Assembly (NCBI RefSeq): GCF_006345805.1
Contig: NC_042998.1
Span: 91,574,001-91,638,000, forward strand
Reading direction: 5' to 3'
DNA: 64,000 nt
DNA from: Octopus sinensis
Lineage: Eukaryota
Shown: piece after piece, positions 13,601-25,611 of the stretch
Layout: each line of letters opens with the position of its first letter
Position numbering within the stretch: the stretch's first letter is position 1
Position numbers and translations under genes: made by a program
Notes under the pieces: model-generated
Seen by the model: the letters and a program-made list of their open reading frames with translations, nothing else
Databases searched by the model: none
What the model was told of the DNA's origin: nothing

Positions 13601-16600
13601 ACTTGAAATTGGTGCTAAACCTGTTGAGAAAACAGAAGTTGTATCCATTGATATTGGTAAACCAGAAAAAGTTGTCACTAAATTGAAAAGACAGAGGTTG
13701 ATATTAAACCAGAAACTAAAGAAGAAGTATCTATCCAACTTGATATTAGCGATAAACCTGTTGAGAAAACAGAAGTCATCTCCATTGATATTGGTAAACC
13801 TGAGAAACCAGTCAGTGAAATTGAAGTACAAGTTGCACCTCAAGTACCTGAGGTTATTTCTATAGAAAAAGATCAGGTATCTACCGATAAGAGAGAAATT
13901 ATCATTAGCAAAGAAGAAACTGAAGTTATTCCAGAAATGTCTACATTTGACATTGTGCCAGACAGTACAATTCAGATCGAAGCTAAAGAAATGGAAATTA
14001 AAGAGAAGAAACCACAAATTACTGATATTACAGCAATTTCTACTGCTGTAATGAAGGAAAAACAACCAGAAGAAGAAGTGGAACATGTTTCTGAAATTCA
14101 ACCAACAGATGTATCTGAGACGGTAATACCAGAGAAAGTTGAAACTGCTAAAGTTACCTCAATTATAACTAAGCACTGAGGAACGGAAGACCAAGATTTC
14201 TCCAGAGAAAATTAGTGATATTCCTGTGGAAATGGTAGTATCAATTGACTCTAAGAAAGTCACATCTGAAGATCAGGTACCAATGGTTATAAAGACTGAA
14301 CAGACATATACAACAGGGGAAGAGGAGGTGGAGAAAGAAATTACAGTGCAGACATTGGAAATGCCTTTACAAGACACAGTAACTGTAAAACCAGTGGAAG
14401 AAACTGGTATTCAGATTTCTGTGAGTTCTACTAAAGCATCTGCTATTGAAGAAGCTCCTGTTGAAGATGTAACTGATAAGGTTATTGAAATCAGCAAGGA
14501 AAGTGAAATCATTCCTGTGAGTAAAGAAGTGAAAGATATCTCTGAAATGACCATTATAAGTGCTCCATCAGTAAGTGTTGTGAGTACAGCTGAAAAGAGC
14601 TTTCTGAAGAAGAATTCTTTGATATTCCATCAACTGAAGAAAAGAAAGTGGAACCTAAAGAGGTTTCTGATGAAGAAAAAGACACATCAGTTAGTGTACG
14701 TGATGAGATTCGCACAGCAGAAGATGTGTTAGTTGATGCTATTGAACATATCACTGATATAGAGAAAGAACATGTAGAGATACCTAAGTCTGCAGCTGTT
14801 GTTAGCACTGATCTTCAAGTGATTACAATTAAAGAGACAATTCCTACTGAAATTGTACATGAAGAAGTAGTTTCAAAGGAACCTGTTGAAAAGACAGAAT
14901 TTGTTATTAAACCAGAAACTATAGAGGAAATGTCTATTCAACTTGAAATTGGTGCTAAACCTGTTGAGAAAACAGAAGTTGTATCCATTGATATTGGTAA
15001 ACCAGAAAAAGTTGTCACTGAAATTGAAAAGACAGAGGTTGATATTAAACCAGAAACTAAAGAAGAAGTATCTATCCAACTTGATATTAGCGATAAACCT
15101 GTTGAGAAAACAGAAGTCATCTCCATTGATATTGGTAAACCTGAGAAACCAGTCAGTGAAATTGAAGTACAAGTTGCACCTCAAGTACCTGAGGTTATTT
15201 CTATAGAAAAAGATCAGGTATCTACCGATAAGAGAGAAATTATCATTAGCAAAGAGAAACTGAAGTTATTCCAGAAATGTCTACATTTGACATTGTGCCA
15301 GACAGTACAATTCAGATCGAAGCTAAAGAAATGGAAATTAAAGAGAAGAAACCACAAATTACTGATATTACAGCAATTTCTACTGCTGTAATGAAGGAAA
15401 AACAACCAGAAGAAGAAGTGGAACATGTTTCTGAAATTCAACCAACAGATGTATCTGAGACGGTAATACCAGAGAAAGTTGAAACTGCTAAAGTTACCTC
15501 AATTATAACTACAAGCACTGAGGAACGGAAGACCAAGATTTCTCCAGAGAAAATTAGTGATATTCCTGTGGAAATGGTAGTATCAATTGACTCTAAGAAA
15601 GTCACATCTGAAGATCAGGTACCAATGGTTATAAAGACTGAACAGACATATACAACAGGGGAAGAGGAGGTGGAGAAAGAAATTACAGTGCAGACATTGG
15701 AAATGCCTTTACAAGACACAGTAACTGTAAAACCAGTGGAAGAAACTGGTATTCAGATTTCTGTGAGTTCTACTAAAGCATCTGCTATTGAAGAAGCTCC
15801 TGTTGAAGATGTAACTGATAAGGTTATTGAAATCAGCAAGGAAAGTGAAATCATTCCTGTGAGTAAAGAAGTGAAAGATATCTCTGAAATGACCATTATA
15901 AGTGCTCCATCAGTAAGTGTTGTGAGTACAGCTGAAGAAGAGCTTTCTGAAGAAGATTCTTTGATATTCCATCAACTGAAGAAAAGAAAGTGGAACCTAA
16001 AGAGGTTTCTGATGAAGAAAAAGACACATAGTTAGTGTACGTGATGAGATTCGCACAGCAGAAGATGTGTTAGTTGATGTTATTGAACATATCACTGATA
16101 TAGAGAAAGAACATGTAGAGATACCTAAGTCTGCAGCTGTTGTTAGCACTGATCTTCAAGAGATTACAATTAAAGAGACAATTCCTACTGAAATTGTACA
16201 TGAAGAAGTAGTTTCAAAGGAACCTATTGAAAAGACAGAATTTGTTATTAAACCAGAAACTATAGAGGAAATGTCTATTCAACTTGAAATTGGTGCTAAA
16301 CCTGTTGAGAAAACAGAAGTTGTATCCATTGATATTGGTAAACCCGAAAAAGTTGTCACAGAAATTGAAAAGACAGAGGTTGATATTAAACCAGAAACGA
16401 TAGAGGAAATGTCTATCCAACTTGATATTAGCGATAAACCTGTTGAGAAAACAGAAGTTGTATCCATTGATATTGGGAAGCCTGAAAAAGTTGTCACTGA
16501 AATGGAAAAGACAGAGGTTGATATTAAACCAGAAACTAAAGAGGAAATGTCTATTCAACTTGACATTGGTGCTAAACCTGTTGAGAAAACAGAAGTTGTA

Positions 16601-17309
16601 TCCATTGATATTGGTAAACCAGAAAAAGTTGTCACAGAAATTGAAAAGACAGAGGTTGATATTAAACCAGAAACGATAGAGGAAATGTCTATCCAACTTG
16701 ATATTAGCGATAAACCTGTTGAGAAAACAGAAGTTGTATCCATTGATATTGGTAAACCAGAAAAAGTTGTCACAGAAATTGAAAAAACAGAGGTTGATAT
16801 TAAACCAGAAACGATAGAGGAAATGTCTATCCAACTTGATATTAGCGATAAACCTGTTGAGAAAACAGAAGTTGTATCCATTGATATTGGTAAACCAGAA
16901 AAAGTTGTCACAGAAATGGAAAAGACTGAGGTTGATATTAAACCAGAAACTAAAGAGGAAATGTCTATCCAACTTGACATTGGTGCTAAACCTGTTGAGA
17001 AAACAGAAATTACAACCATTGAATTTGGTAAGCCTGAGACATCTAAAATTGATATTAGTGATGTAGTTTGTGCTCCATCTGAAGTTATTGATATATCCAC
17101 TGATACAAAACCTGCCACTGAAGAAATTGTTTCATCAGACTTGTACAGTTCAGAGCTTCAAAGTCCGAATATATATGATGAAGCTTCTGCTGTGAAATCC
17201 ATTGTGCCAAGCTTAATTCATGAAGGAGATGTATTGATCGAATCAAAAAGTAGCCTTTCTGGTCCTGAAGATCTTCAGTTATTGAAAGAAGAAGTTGTGG
17301 AAGATATAG
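10662..17309 (+). CDS. Giant repeat exon B, phase 1-1 cassette (about 2220 aa after restoring apparent deletions)
   Basis: Acceptor ttacattAG|GTGATATG, donor GATATAG|GTATTT. ORF fragments are separated by ten 1-2-nt deletions (total 12 nt) relative to sister repeat copies. Confidence 0.8.
11000..16365 (+). repeat. Higher-order coding repeat, 4 x 1344 nt (448 aa), each containing two 138-nt-type monomers
   Basis: Landmark spacings of 1340, 1340 and 1342 become exactly 1344 when the local deletions are added back. Confidence 0.93.
16260..17030 (+). repeat. 138-nt monomer array, about 5.5 copies, near the end of exon B
   Basis: Repeated KPEKVVTE(I/M)EKTEVDIKPET(I/K)EEMSIQLDI(S/G)xKPVEKTEVVSIDIG in ORF 16067-17371. 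Confidence 0.93.
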
Positions 17310-17620
17310 GTATTTGGCGGAGCATTATCCGGGATTTAATTTATGCTACTGCACTTGCTGCTACTGCTTGACTTTACACAAGCATCAATTTCTGTAGCTT
17401 ACCAATGCCTCGGTAGCATGCTGTTAAATGTGTATTTAGATGTTTTAATGTACTTAACCAGTGTATTTGTTTTTATGTCTCTTTCAGCTCAATAATTTGT
17501 CAATAGTTTTGTTGGGTCTTTGTTATCTCTCATATCTAAAGAGTATAACTGTCTGTATAAAAAGAAAATGCTTTCTTTGTATTTTCATATAGATGCATGT
17601 TGCTTTGCTTAGGTATTTAT
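17310..17620 (+). promoter_or_regulatory. Conserved intronic element downstream of exon B; copy 2 of 3
   Basis: cttgctgctactgct, TTTTATGTCTCTTTCAG (ends 17487), TGCATG at 17594; second block TGCATG at 17856. Confidence 0.6.
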
Positions 17621-18197
17621 AATAATTTTACATAGCAAGTAATCAATCTCTACATTTTTGCTTTGCTAAATTTATATTGAATATAAAACTAAATTCATCA
17701 TATCTGCTTTTTAGCCTTAGGATTATTTAAAGATATATAGTATTAAAATATCCTCGAATATCTAAAATATTTAACAAATGCCATACGATATTTAGAATTA
17801 GTTAGGTTCTGGTTTATTAGTTTATCATAGATTAGAATGTTTCAGTTCAAACATTTGCATGGAAAAGAAGCTCTTATACTTGCATTTTGTGCATAACTAT
17901 AAATTTAGATATCCTCAATTTTTATATCTGTAGTAATTCTACATTTTCATGTGTCTCAGTTTTTCCACATTATTACTGTTATTTTGTATATAATTTAAAA
18001 GAAATAAAATAAATATTTTATGCCAATTACTGCATAATTTTATTTTAACGTTATCTTAACAGTTTTATTCACCAAGGAGAAGTTTTGATATACAACTTAG
18101 CATAACTTAGTTAAAAATTTTGTGATTGAAAACTTTCTTTGAATTATATTTACATTTATAAAATGGTGGTGAGCTGGTAGAATCATTAGCACTGTGG

Positions 18198-19039
18198 ACT
18201 TTCTTGTATAATGAAATTCTGTAAAAGTATTTTTAAAAATTAGATTTAATGAATTAATAATATTATTGTGTCAATAATAGGTTTTATTTAATTATATTAA
18301 GGGTGGTAAGTGTCTGAAATAGTAGAGTCAGGGCTTAAATGCCTTGCAGCAGTTACATTCAAGTCCAAATCTAAGTGGCATTTTTCCCAGCTCTTTGCAT
18401 TCTGTGTTCATATTCCACTGAGGTTGACATTACCTTCCATCTTTTTGCTGTCAATAAAATAAGCACCAATTTTCTACTCGGGTTGATGTAATAAACTCAC
18501 CCCGCTAAAATTCTGGCCTTGTGCCAAAATTTGAAACCATTATGTTATATTTATATATATATATAACACTGAAACATAAAAATATTACATTTGATATTAT
18601 GAAAAAATGGTTGCTTTAAATAAATAATAGATTATTTACACTAGTTATTTCTCGAAGGAAAAGTATTTAAAATGAACATTGAATGAGATTTTTGATGAAA
18701 CTAAATCCATGTAATGTATCTTTTTTTATATTGTTAATCATTTTGGAAACTCAGATTAATATTTAATTGCAAGTTATTTTATCTGGTTAATGTTAGATTT
18801 ATAGAAGAAATTTTAAAATTTAATAAAACTTTTGGGAATTAATATATTTCTTACTTAGATCATACTTTCTTGTATAATGAAATTTTGGTTAAAATATTTT
18901 TAGAAATTGGATTTATTGAACTAATACTATTATTGGATCAATAATAGGTTTTATTTAATTATATTGAGAGTGGTAAGTGTCTGAAATAGTGGAGTCAGGG
19001 TTTAAATGATTTGCAGCATTTACATTTAAGTCCAAATCT
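18198..19039 (+). repeat. Local direct duplication of about 175 bp (18198-18372 and 18864-19039) overlapping degenerate SINE-like sequence
   Basis: actttcttgtataatgaaatt...gtggtaagtgtctgaaatag...aagtccaaatct occurs twice, about 666 bp apart. Confidence 0.8.
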
Positions 19040-22000
19040 TATCAAGTTTACTATACTGTTCATCCACTTGAAGTTGATAAAATAATCTTCTGTCAAGTGC
19101 TGAGGTTGATATAACTGATGATATCCTCTCCTAAATTTCATGGCCTCTGTAACAAATCTTTATTTAAGTATTTAGATTTTTTGAATTTTAGATTTTATTA
19201 CCATTTCATCAGATCACAATTTTAATTTAAATTACAATTTAAAAAGACATTATTTAAATTTAATTTTACTATATAATTGAAAATTAATGTCTGCTTTAAA
19301 AATCAGCATTTGAAATTACGTTTGTATCTATTTTGTTGCTTATTCTCAGCTGAAGAAGCTTTCCATGGTTTACACATTGTTATCTATCTTGTGTGAAACA
19401 GATATTCAAAACATTTTATGTAAACTGTCCATATTTGCTAAATGGTATTATTTTGTTTTTTGTTTTGTACTGTATTTGTTGTTTGGCAGCCATAACTCTC
19501 TGTCCCACTTAAGTGATTTATTGTAGCATTGTCTTTTAGTGTGCTTCACTATGAGCAGCTTTGCAATAATTGTACTTTGGCAGATTTCTAAAATTAAACT
19601 AGTATGTAGGTGCCTTTCTTTTTTTTAAATATTTTGATATAGGAATTGCCCATTAATGTTATCATAGAGATAAACTAAATTATTCATCAGTATCAAAATG
19701 GAACTGACGTTTTAATACAGAATCTAATTTTGCAACTGTATATACTTATTTTTTTTTTAAATGTATAATTTTTATATCACAATTGTACTTGTATTGTTCT
19801 TTGATTTACAAACTGAGGGACATCACTAATAACATTACTTAGAAATGGTAGTTAGAATAAACAAAAGTTCTTCAAATTCTTACATTGCAATCAAATGGAA
19901 GTTTTGTATCAAAAGATGAAATAATACTCAGAAAGCAACATTTCTTTACATCCTAATTTTATTTACTATTTTACCATATACTTCAGTATAGTTTTCAATC
20001 ATTCTCAGTCCTCAGTAATTATGTTATAGAATTTAGTGTTGCAGTCTTATGCTATTATATTTTTTATTTTTTAATTGTGATTACAAATATTTATTCCATT
20101 CCTTATTTACTTTTGCAGTTGTATAGATGAAGATATTAAGTTTTGATCAATTATTACCATCTTTTAGCAAAGTGATAAATAATCACTGAATTTCTGAAAA
20201 TTAAAATTCACTTTAGAAATATTTGTCTATGAACTTCTTTTTATGAGAAAATGTTAGGCTATCTACTTATGGCTAAAATATATTGTATGAATTTTAAAAG
20301 CAAATAAATAATTTTAATTTTGGAAGGGAGGAAAATCGAAAGCAATATAAGAGAGCAGATTAAGTTTTTGAAATCTGGATTTTATTTTGTTCTAAAATTT
20401 ATTTTAGATATTATCATACAAGAAAATTGTTAATTACTATATCATCAGAAGTAGGAATATTTGTACAAGTTTAGTTCAAGAACATAAGAATTGTTTTTCT
20501 TGTAAGCATCTAGTTTGGGAATTATAGTTGTTCATTGCTGTATGTTTGAAAAATATTCTTTTGTTTTTCTAAACATATCTTGTCAAAAGCCACATGCTTA
20601 GAAATGATTATTCATATTGTAGCATATTCATATTGTAGAAAACTTGGTCCAGGTTATCTTGCAATGTTTCAGTTTTCAATATTTCTATATTTTTCTTGAA
20701 AGTGGTTGCAAATAGTATTTATTTATGTAAGTTTTGGAGCAAATTTTATTTTAAATATAAGAATAACAAAACTTGTTTCAATTTAAATGTCTTCTCTTCA
20801 GATATGCATCTCCCATTCTCTTTTATATATGCTTTGTATCTGTGCCCACACTTAGTTTAAAAGTAGAAATTAGAAATTTTTTGCTATCATTCAAATATTT
20901 CAGTATACAATATATTGATATGAAATCTTTTTCTTATTCAAATTTAAGGTATTTTTTATAAACCTCTAAATTATTTTAATTCAATTTCTTTTGAGTAAGG
21001 AAGACAGTGTCCACAATCTTTTTACTACCAATTTGGCAATAAAGGAGAGGGACAGTTGGGTCAAGTTAAGCTGGTTAATATGGAATTTGGACATATGACA
21101 ATCACTTGTTGCTGATTAATTTGGCTTCAAGATAGCAAAGGCGTTCAAGACATTCAATTCCACAGGTAGAGTTCTGAAAAAGAATGTTATGGAAGTATAT
21201 TTAGAGGATTGGATACAGTCATATGGACAGGAAAGTTAGATGGTAGTAGGTTTACAATCAGCAATTCCAAAAGGTAGAATTTTTGGTTACACTAGAAGAG
21301 AGAGAGAGAGAGAGCATGGTTCAGAAGTGATCTAGTCATAGCAATGTCTCGTTTAGTAAAAGTCTATATATCAACTATCAGGTGGATTTTTTATTGATAT
21401 AGTTGAAAATGTGTGTGTGTCATTGAACATTTTACAGATGTCAACAATTGTTTTATAGTTAAAATTATGTTATTAGAGTCTTTATTTTATTCTTAATAAA
21501 ATGTCATTACAAATATTTTAAAATTTCTGAATGGTCATATTTTCATATGGTAGTGATTTTCTCTCAATCATAGTGTATATCCTCTTTTTCATTTCTAGTT
21601 GGTGAAATTTCATTTATAAATTTTTAGAAAAGCAGCTAGTCACACCTTTCTGATGTTTTCTATGTCCCTACAAAAAATAAAGTAAAATAGTTAAAAAAGA
21701 CTGAAATCAGTTCCAGATATTTAAAGTATACAATTACGTTATAATAAAATTCAATACACAAAAACTATATGTTTCTTGTCTCACCTACTGGAAAACTAAA
21801 TTATATACATGACAATCAGCTAATACTTTAGTGTATTATTAGTGACAAATATGATTGTAGAATATTTATTTATCAATCTATTAATTTATTTACAAAATAT
21901 TGCCCTTCATTGTGGTAAAAATCTCTTTATTAAAGTTTGACTTTATTTATCCTGTCGAAATTTAAAGCTTATGTTGTTTTCCCTCAAATTTTATATTTTA

Positions 22001-22089
22001 TGGTACCTACATTGTATGTATATTTGCTGTAATTTATGCTCTTGTATGTTGGTTTATTTATCCTATGTGGTTCAAATATATATCTGACA

Positions 22090-22406
22090 CTGCTCTTTCA
22101 TATTTCTCTTTACAGGTAAGAAAACACATTTTATGATGGATTTCATGTTATTGTATAACGAGACAAGTCTACATAATCAAAATATGTATTTTACAACACT
22201 TTAATATAATAGTTCTTACAATATATAAGTATGGGTTATATATATATATATATATATATGCTCATGCACATATATGTGTGTATGTATGGTGGACATAAAA
22301 TGAAATATGCCAGTTTACCAATACAGGAAGTATATATTTAAATTCTTAAAAATTCATCTGAATATTCACCAACATCATAATTTAGTTATCTTCAACTCAG
22401 GTATGT
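22090..22406 (+). promoter_or_regulatory. Putative recursive splice site (YnCAG|GTAAGA at 22115/22116) plus downstream donor CAG|GTATGT at 22400/22401
   Basis: ctctttcatatttctctttaCAG|GTAAG with no other AG for more than 100 nt upstream. The 27-nt second site matches the one at 9264 at 22 of 27 positions. Confidence 0.6.
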
Positions 22407-25400
22407 TTCCATATAGTTTCTACTTTCTATTTAAAATTTGTGGAAATCAGGTATGATGTAAACAACCATTTTATTTAGTTTTTAATATTTGTTTTATTTT
22501 ATGCACCATGTACACTCACTCAAACAACATTGTTTTCTTTTCACTCACTACCTTTGTTGGTTATGCAATACATTTTTATTTTCAAAGTCTATATTTTTGA
22601 TATTTTAAACCAGTAATATTCTAATCATAATTGTTTAAATAGTAAGTAAATTATTTAGACCAATATTTAATTTATCACATTTACTGGTCTATATTTTAAA
22701 TTTGGGCCTTACAGTTTTGTCTATGATAAAATACCTGTAAATTATGGGTGGAAATGCTATTTTGAAATGTTCAGGAACCCAAATTTAACTTTCATTTTAA
22801 TTATAATACACTCATAATCTTTTCTTTCTTTGTCTAAAACCAGTGTAACTGACCAAACATTGATGACTATATCTGATTATGAAAAGTCCGACAATTTGGA
22901 TCTTATTAAAGTCTCCTAGATAACAAACACTATGAACTGCTTCTGAAGCTTATCTAGCCTCTGTAAAAATTTTTTTCATGAGAGTCTTACTGTTAACAAC
23001 TTCTTAGAATCTCCTACATACTAAATCTGCTCAGTTAGTCTTCCTATAATTCCACAACATCTCTTGTGCATTTATAGTTTACATTTTGTGCAAACTACAG
23101 AGTCCCTGTCTACTCCTTTTCTGCCTATTGAGCATGGCTACCTCTCTGATAGCAAGAGATCCAGCCTTCTTACCTGTGATACCTCGCAATTCTAGATTCT
23201 GCTTCTATGGTTGGGATTTCTTCTCTAATTCTTTAACAACATCACTAAAAACTAGCTTATTGATATGCTGAAGTTATCTTAGACAGCTGCTCTTAAACTC
23301 CTTCCTTGTGGTTTGGAGAAGTATAACAAACAACAGCAAGCTGAAACTGAACTCTGATGACTCATGGATACTTACATGCACAATAAATTTCTTATCAAAC
23401 TCATTTCTAACTCACAATTTGGTCATGGCATTTCTGTTCATGGCTTGCACAAGCCATGTATTTACACCTAATTTTCTTAGTGATCACTAGACTACATAGT
23501 GTGATATCCTTTCAAAGACTTTCTTCTAAATGCTAGGTGTAGTAGCTTACTCTCACATAAGAAATTTTGCTGTAAATGTCTTAAGAAGAGAGTACCTGTG
23601 GCATTCCATCCCAGTACAAACCAAAACTGCTTCTCATCTAAACTAACTCTCTTCCTAATCATTTACTTTCATGAATAGGTGTTTTGCCTATTTCTTTCAT
23701 AGCCTTGTACATCAATTTGGCATAACTATAATTATTTCTTTTTACATTTCCTTTGTCCGTGTAGTAGTTAACAATGAAACTGCTATGCCTGTCATTGAGA
23801 ATGATAGCACATTATATAATCTGACTGACTATGCAAGGGACTAGTGTACATCTTAATTTGTCACATATTTTCAGCATTTCAGTAATACTTCCCTTATGAC
23901 CAAACGAACTTCAATATCTGCTCTTTCTATTTGTGCATTTGATATTGATTTCATCTGTAGTTATATTAGTTTCATTAAACCATTTAAATATACATGGTAT
24001 TCCATACTAAAATTGAAAGATGTATAAATTAATGTAAAAACTAACTTACAATATATGTATGGTAATCATTTATATGATAATGTCCAAATATTAGTACCTA
24101 CATATAGTTTTTATATGAATGACATCCAATCACACCATACACACACACATCCCCATACATACATACATACATACATACATACATACATACATACATACAT
24201 ACTATCAAATTATAATCCTGCATTCCAAGAATCCTTGTAAATTACAGTTAGGAACATTCTCAGTTGCACATTACATCATCATCATAATTTTACATCTTTT
24301 TTCTATGATGGTATGGGTTAGGTGAGTTGTCCTCATCACAGCTAGATTCCATTATTTGAGTTACTGCTTTCTCAGATGGTTCAGGAGATCATGTCTTGCT
24401 TGTAATTTAATCTTACATAGCTTTAAAGGCTGGATACCTTTCCTAACACCAGCCTCTTTAGTAAGAGTACTGAATATATTTTATTGAGGCACCAGTAGTT
24501 GAGAAGTTTTTCTGCTCTCTTTGCTATTGTCTCTATTCATTTGCCAATAACTTTACACTCAAGTGAGAATGCCTTGTCCTTTGCAAGACAAAAGAATCCT
24601 CTCTTGTTCTGTTGCCCAAGACAGACATAAACAAGAAACTAACCAGAAGATAGTATATGAGTATGTGTTTGAATACAATGAGTTTAAACAGAGTGGATAG
24701 TGTGGTAAGGATGGAAGTAATTGAAGAGAAACAGTGATAAGTGACAACATGTTAGGACAGACAAACTGATGGAAGGAATAATTGCAGTGAAGGAGAGTTA
24801 TATAAAATAGAAATATTCTGTGTCAATAAAAGTGCAATTGTAGAGGGGCAATGTGTATGTGTGTATATGAGAGAGAAAGGCTGAAGTATAACAATAAGAT
24901 GGGTGATGGCAAGAGACGGTGATTGATATTTAAGAAAGGGAGTAAATGATGGTAAAAGAGAGTGTTTAGTGTAAGTGTCATTGAAAGATGATGTGGGGAA
25001 GAGAAAATGTTTGTTAATCATGACTTGTTACACATGAAGACATACAGGTAGGGTGACAAACTGCGATTGGTGGGGGCACTGAATATAGACAGTTCCAGGA
25101 CCAGCCACCATCACAGGCATGACATAGTACAATGATTAAGAAAGAGAGTTGAGTGATAGTTGGGAGAGTAATAGGCAGTAGATGGAAAGATAATAAATTT
25201 AATTGATGCTGTCATTAACATGCCAATTAAAGTAATTCTACATATTAAGTTATCAACAGCATGTGTACAAACACACTAAGTTATGTAAAAATCATTTGAA
25301 GTCTCACTAATTCAATATTTTAGTGAAAACAATGAAAATGCAAACTTTTATAGCAATAATCATTTACACAAGCATACTGTACTAGTATTATCTACTGTTA

Positions 25401-25611
25401 GAGGGAGTTTATTGATTACCTGTATAAACAACAAATGTGTTATGGAGTTGATGTCACTGATTTCATTTCTCTCATTTACTACACCAAATATAAATAAATA
25501 ATAATTTCAATTTTTTTTATGTTAAGTCAAAGCAGGATGAATAAACATGGAGACAAAACAATAATTACAATGTAAAAATGTTTTTCTTAAAACTTATTTG
25601 ATTTATATTAG

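Noticed and set aside
10662-17309. Calling exon B or the gene a pseudogene
   Set aside because: Frameshifts are deletion-only and copy-private with no independent nonsense substitutions seen; splice signals and all other exons are intact. Assembly error is more likely.
22900-23950. GC-richer stretches here and near 33100-34150, 36300-37800 and 57650-58250 that may be old LINE fragments
   Set aside because: No recognisable RT or endonuclease motif could be read by eye; RepeatMasker or tBLASTx would be needed.
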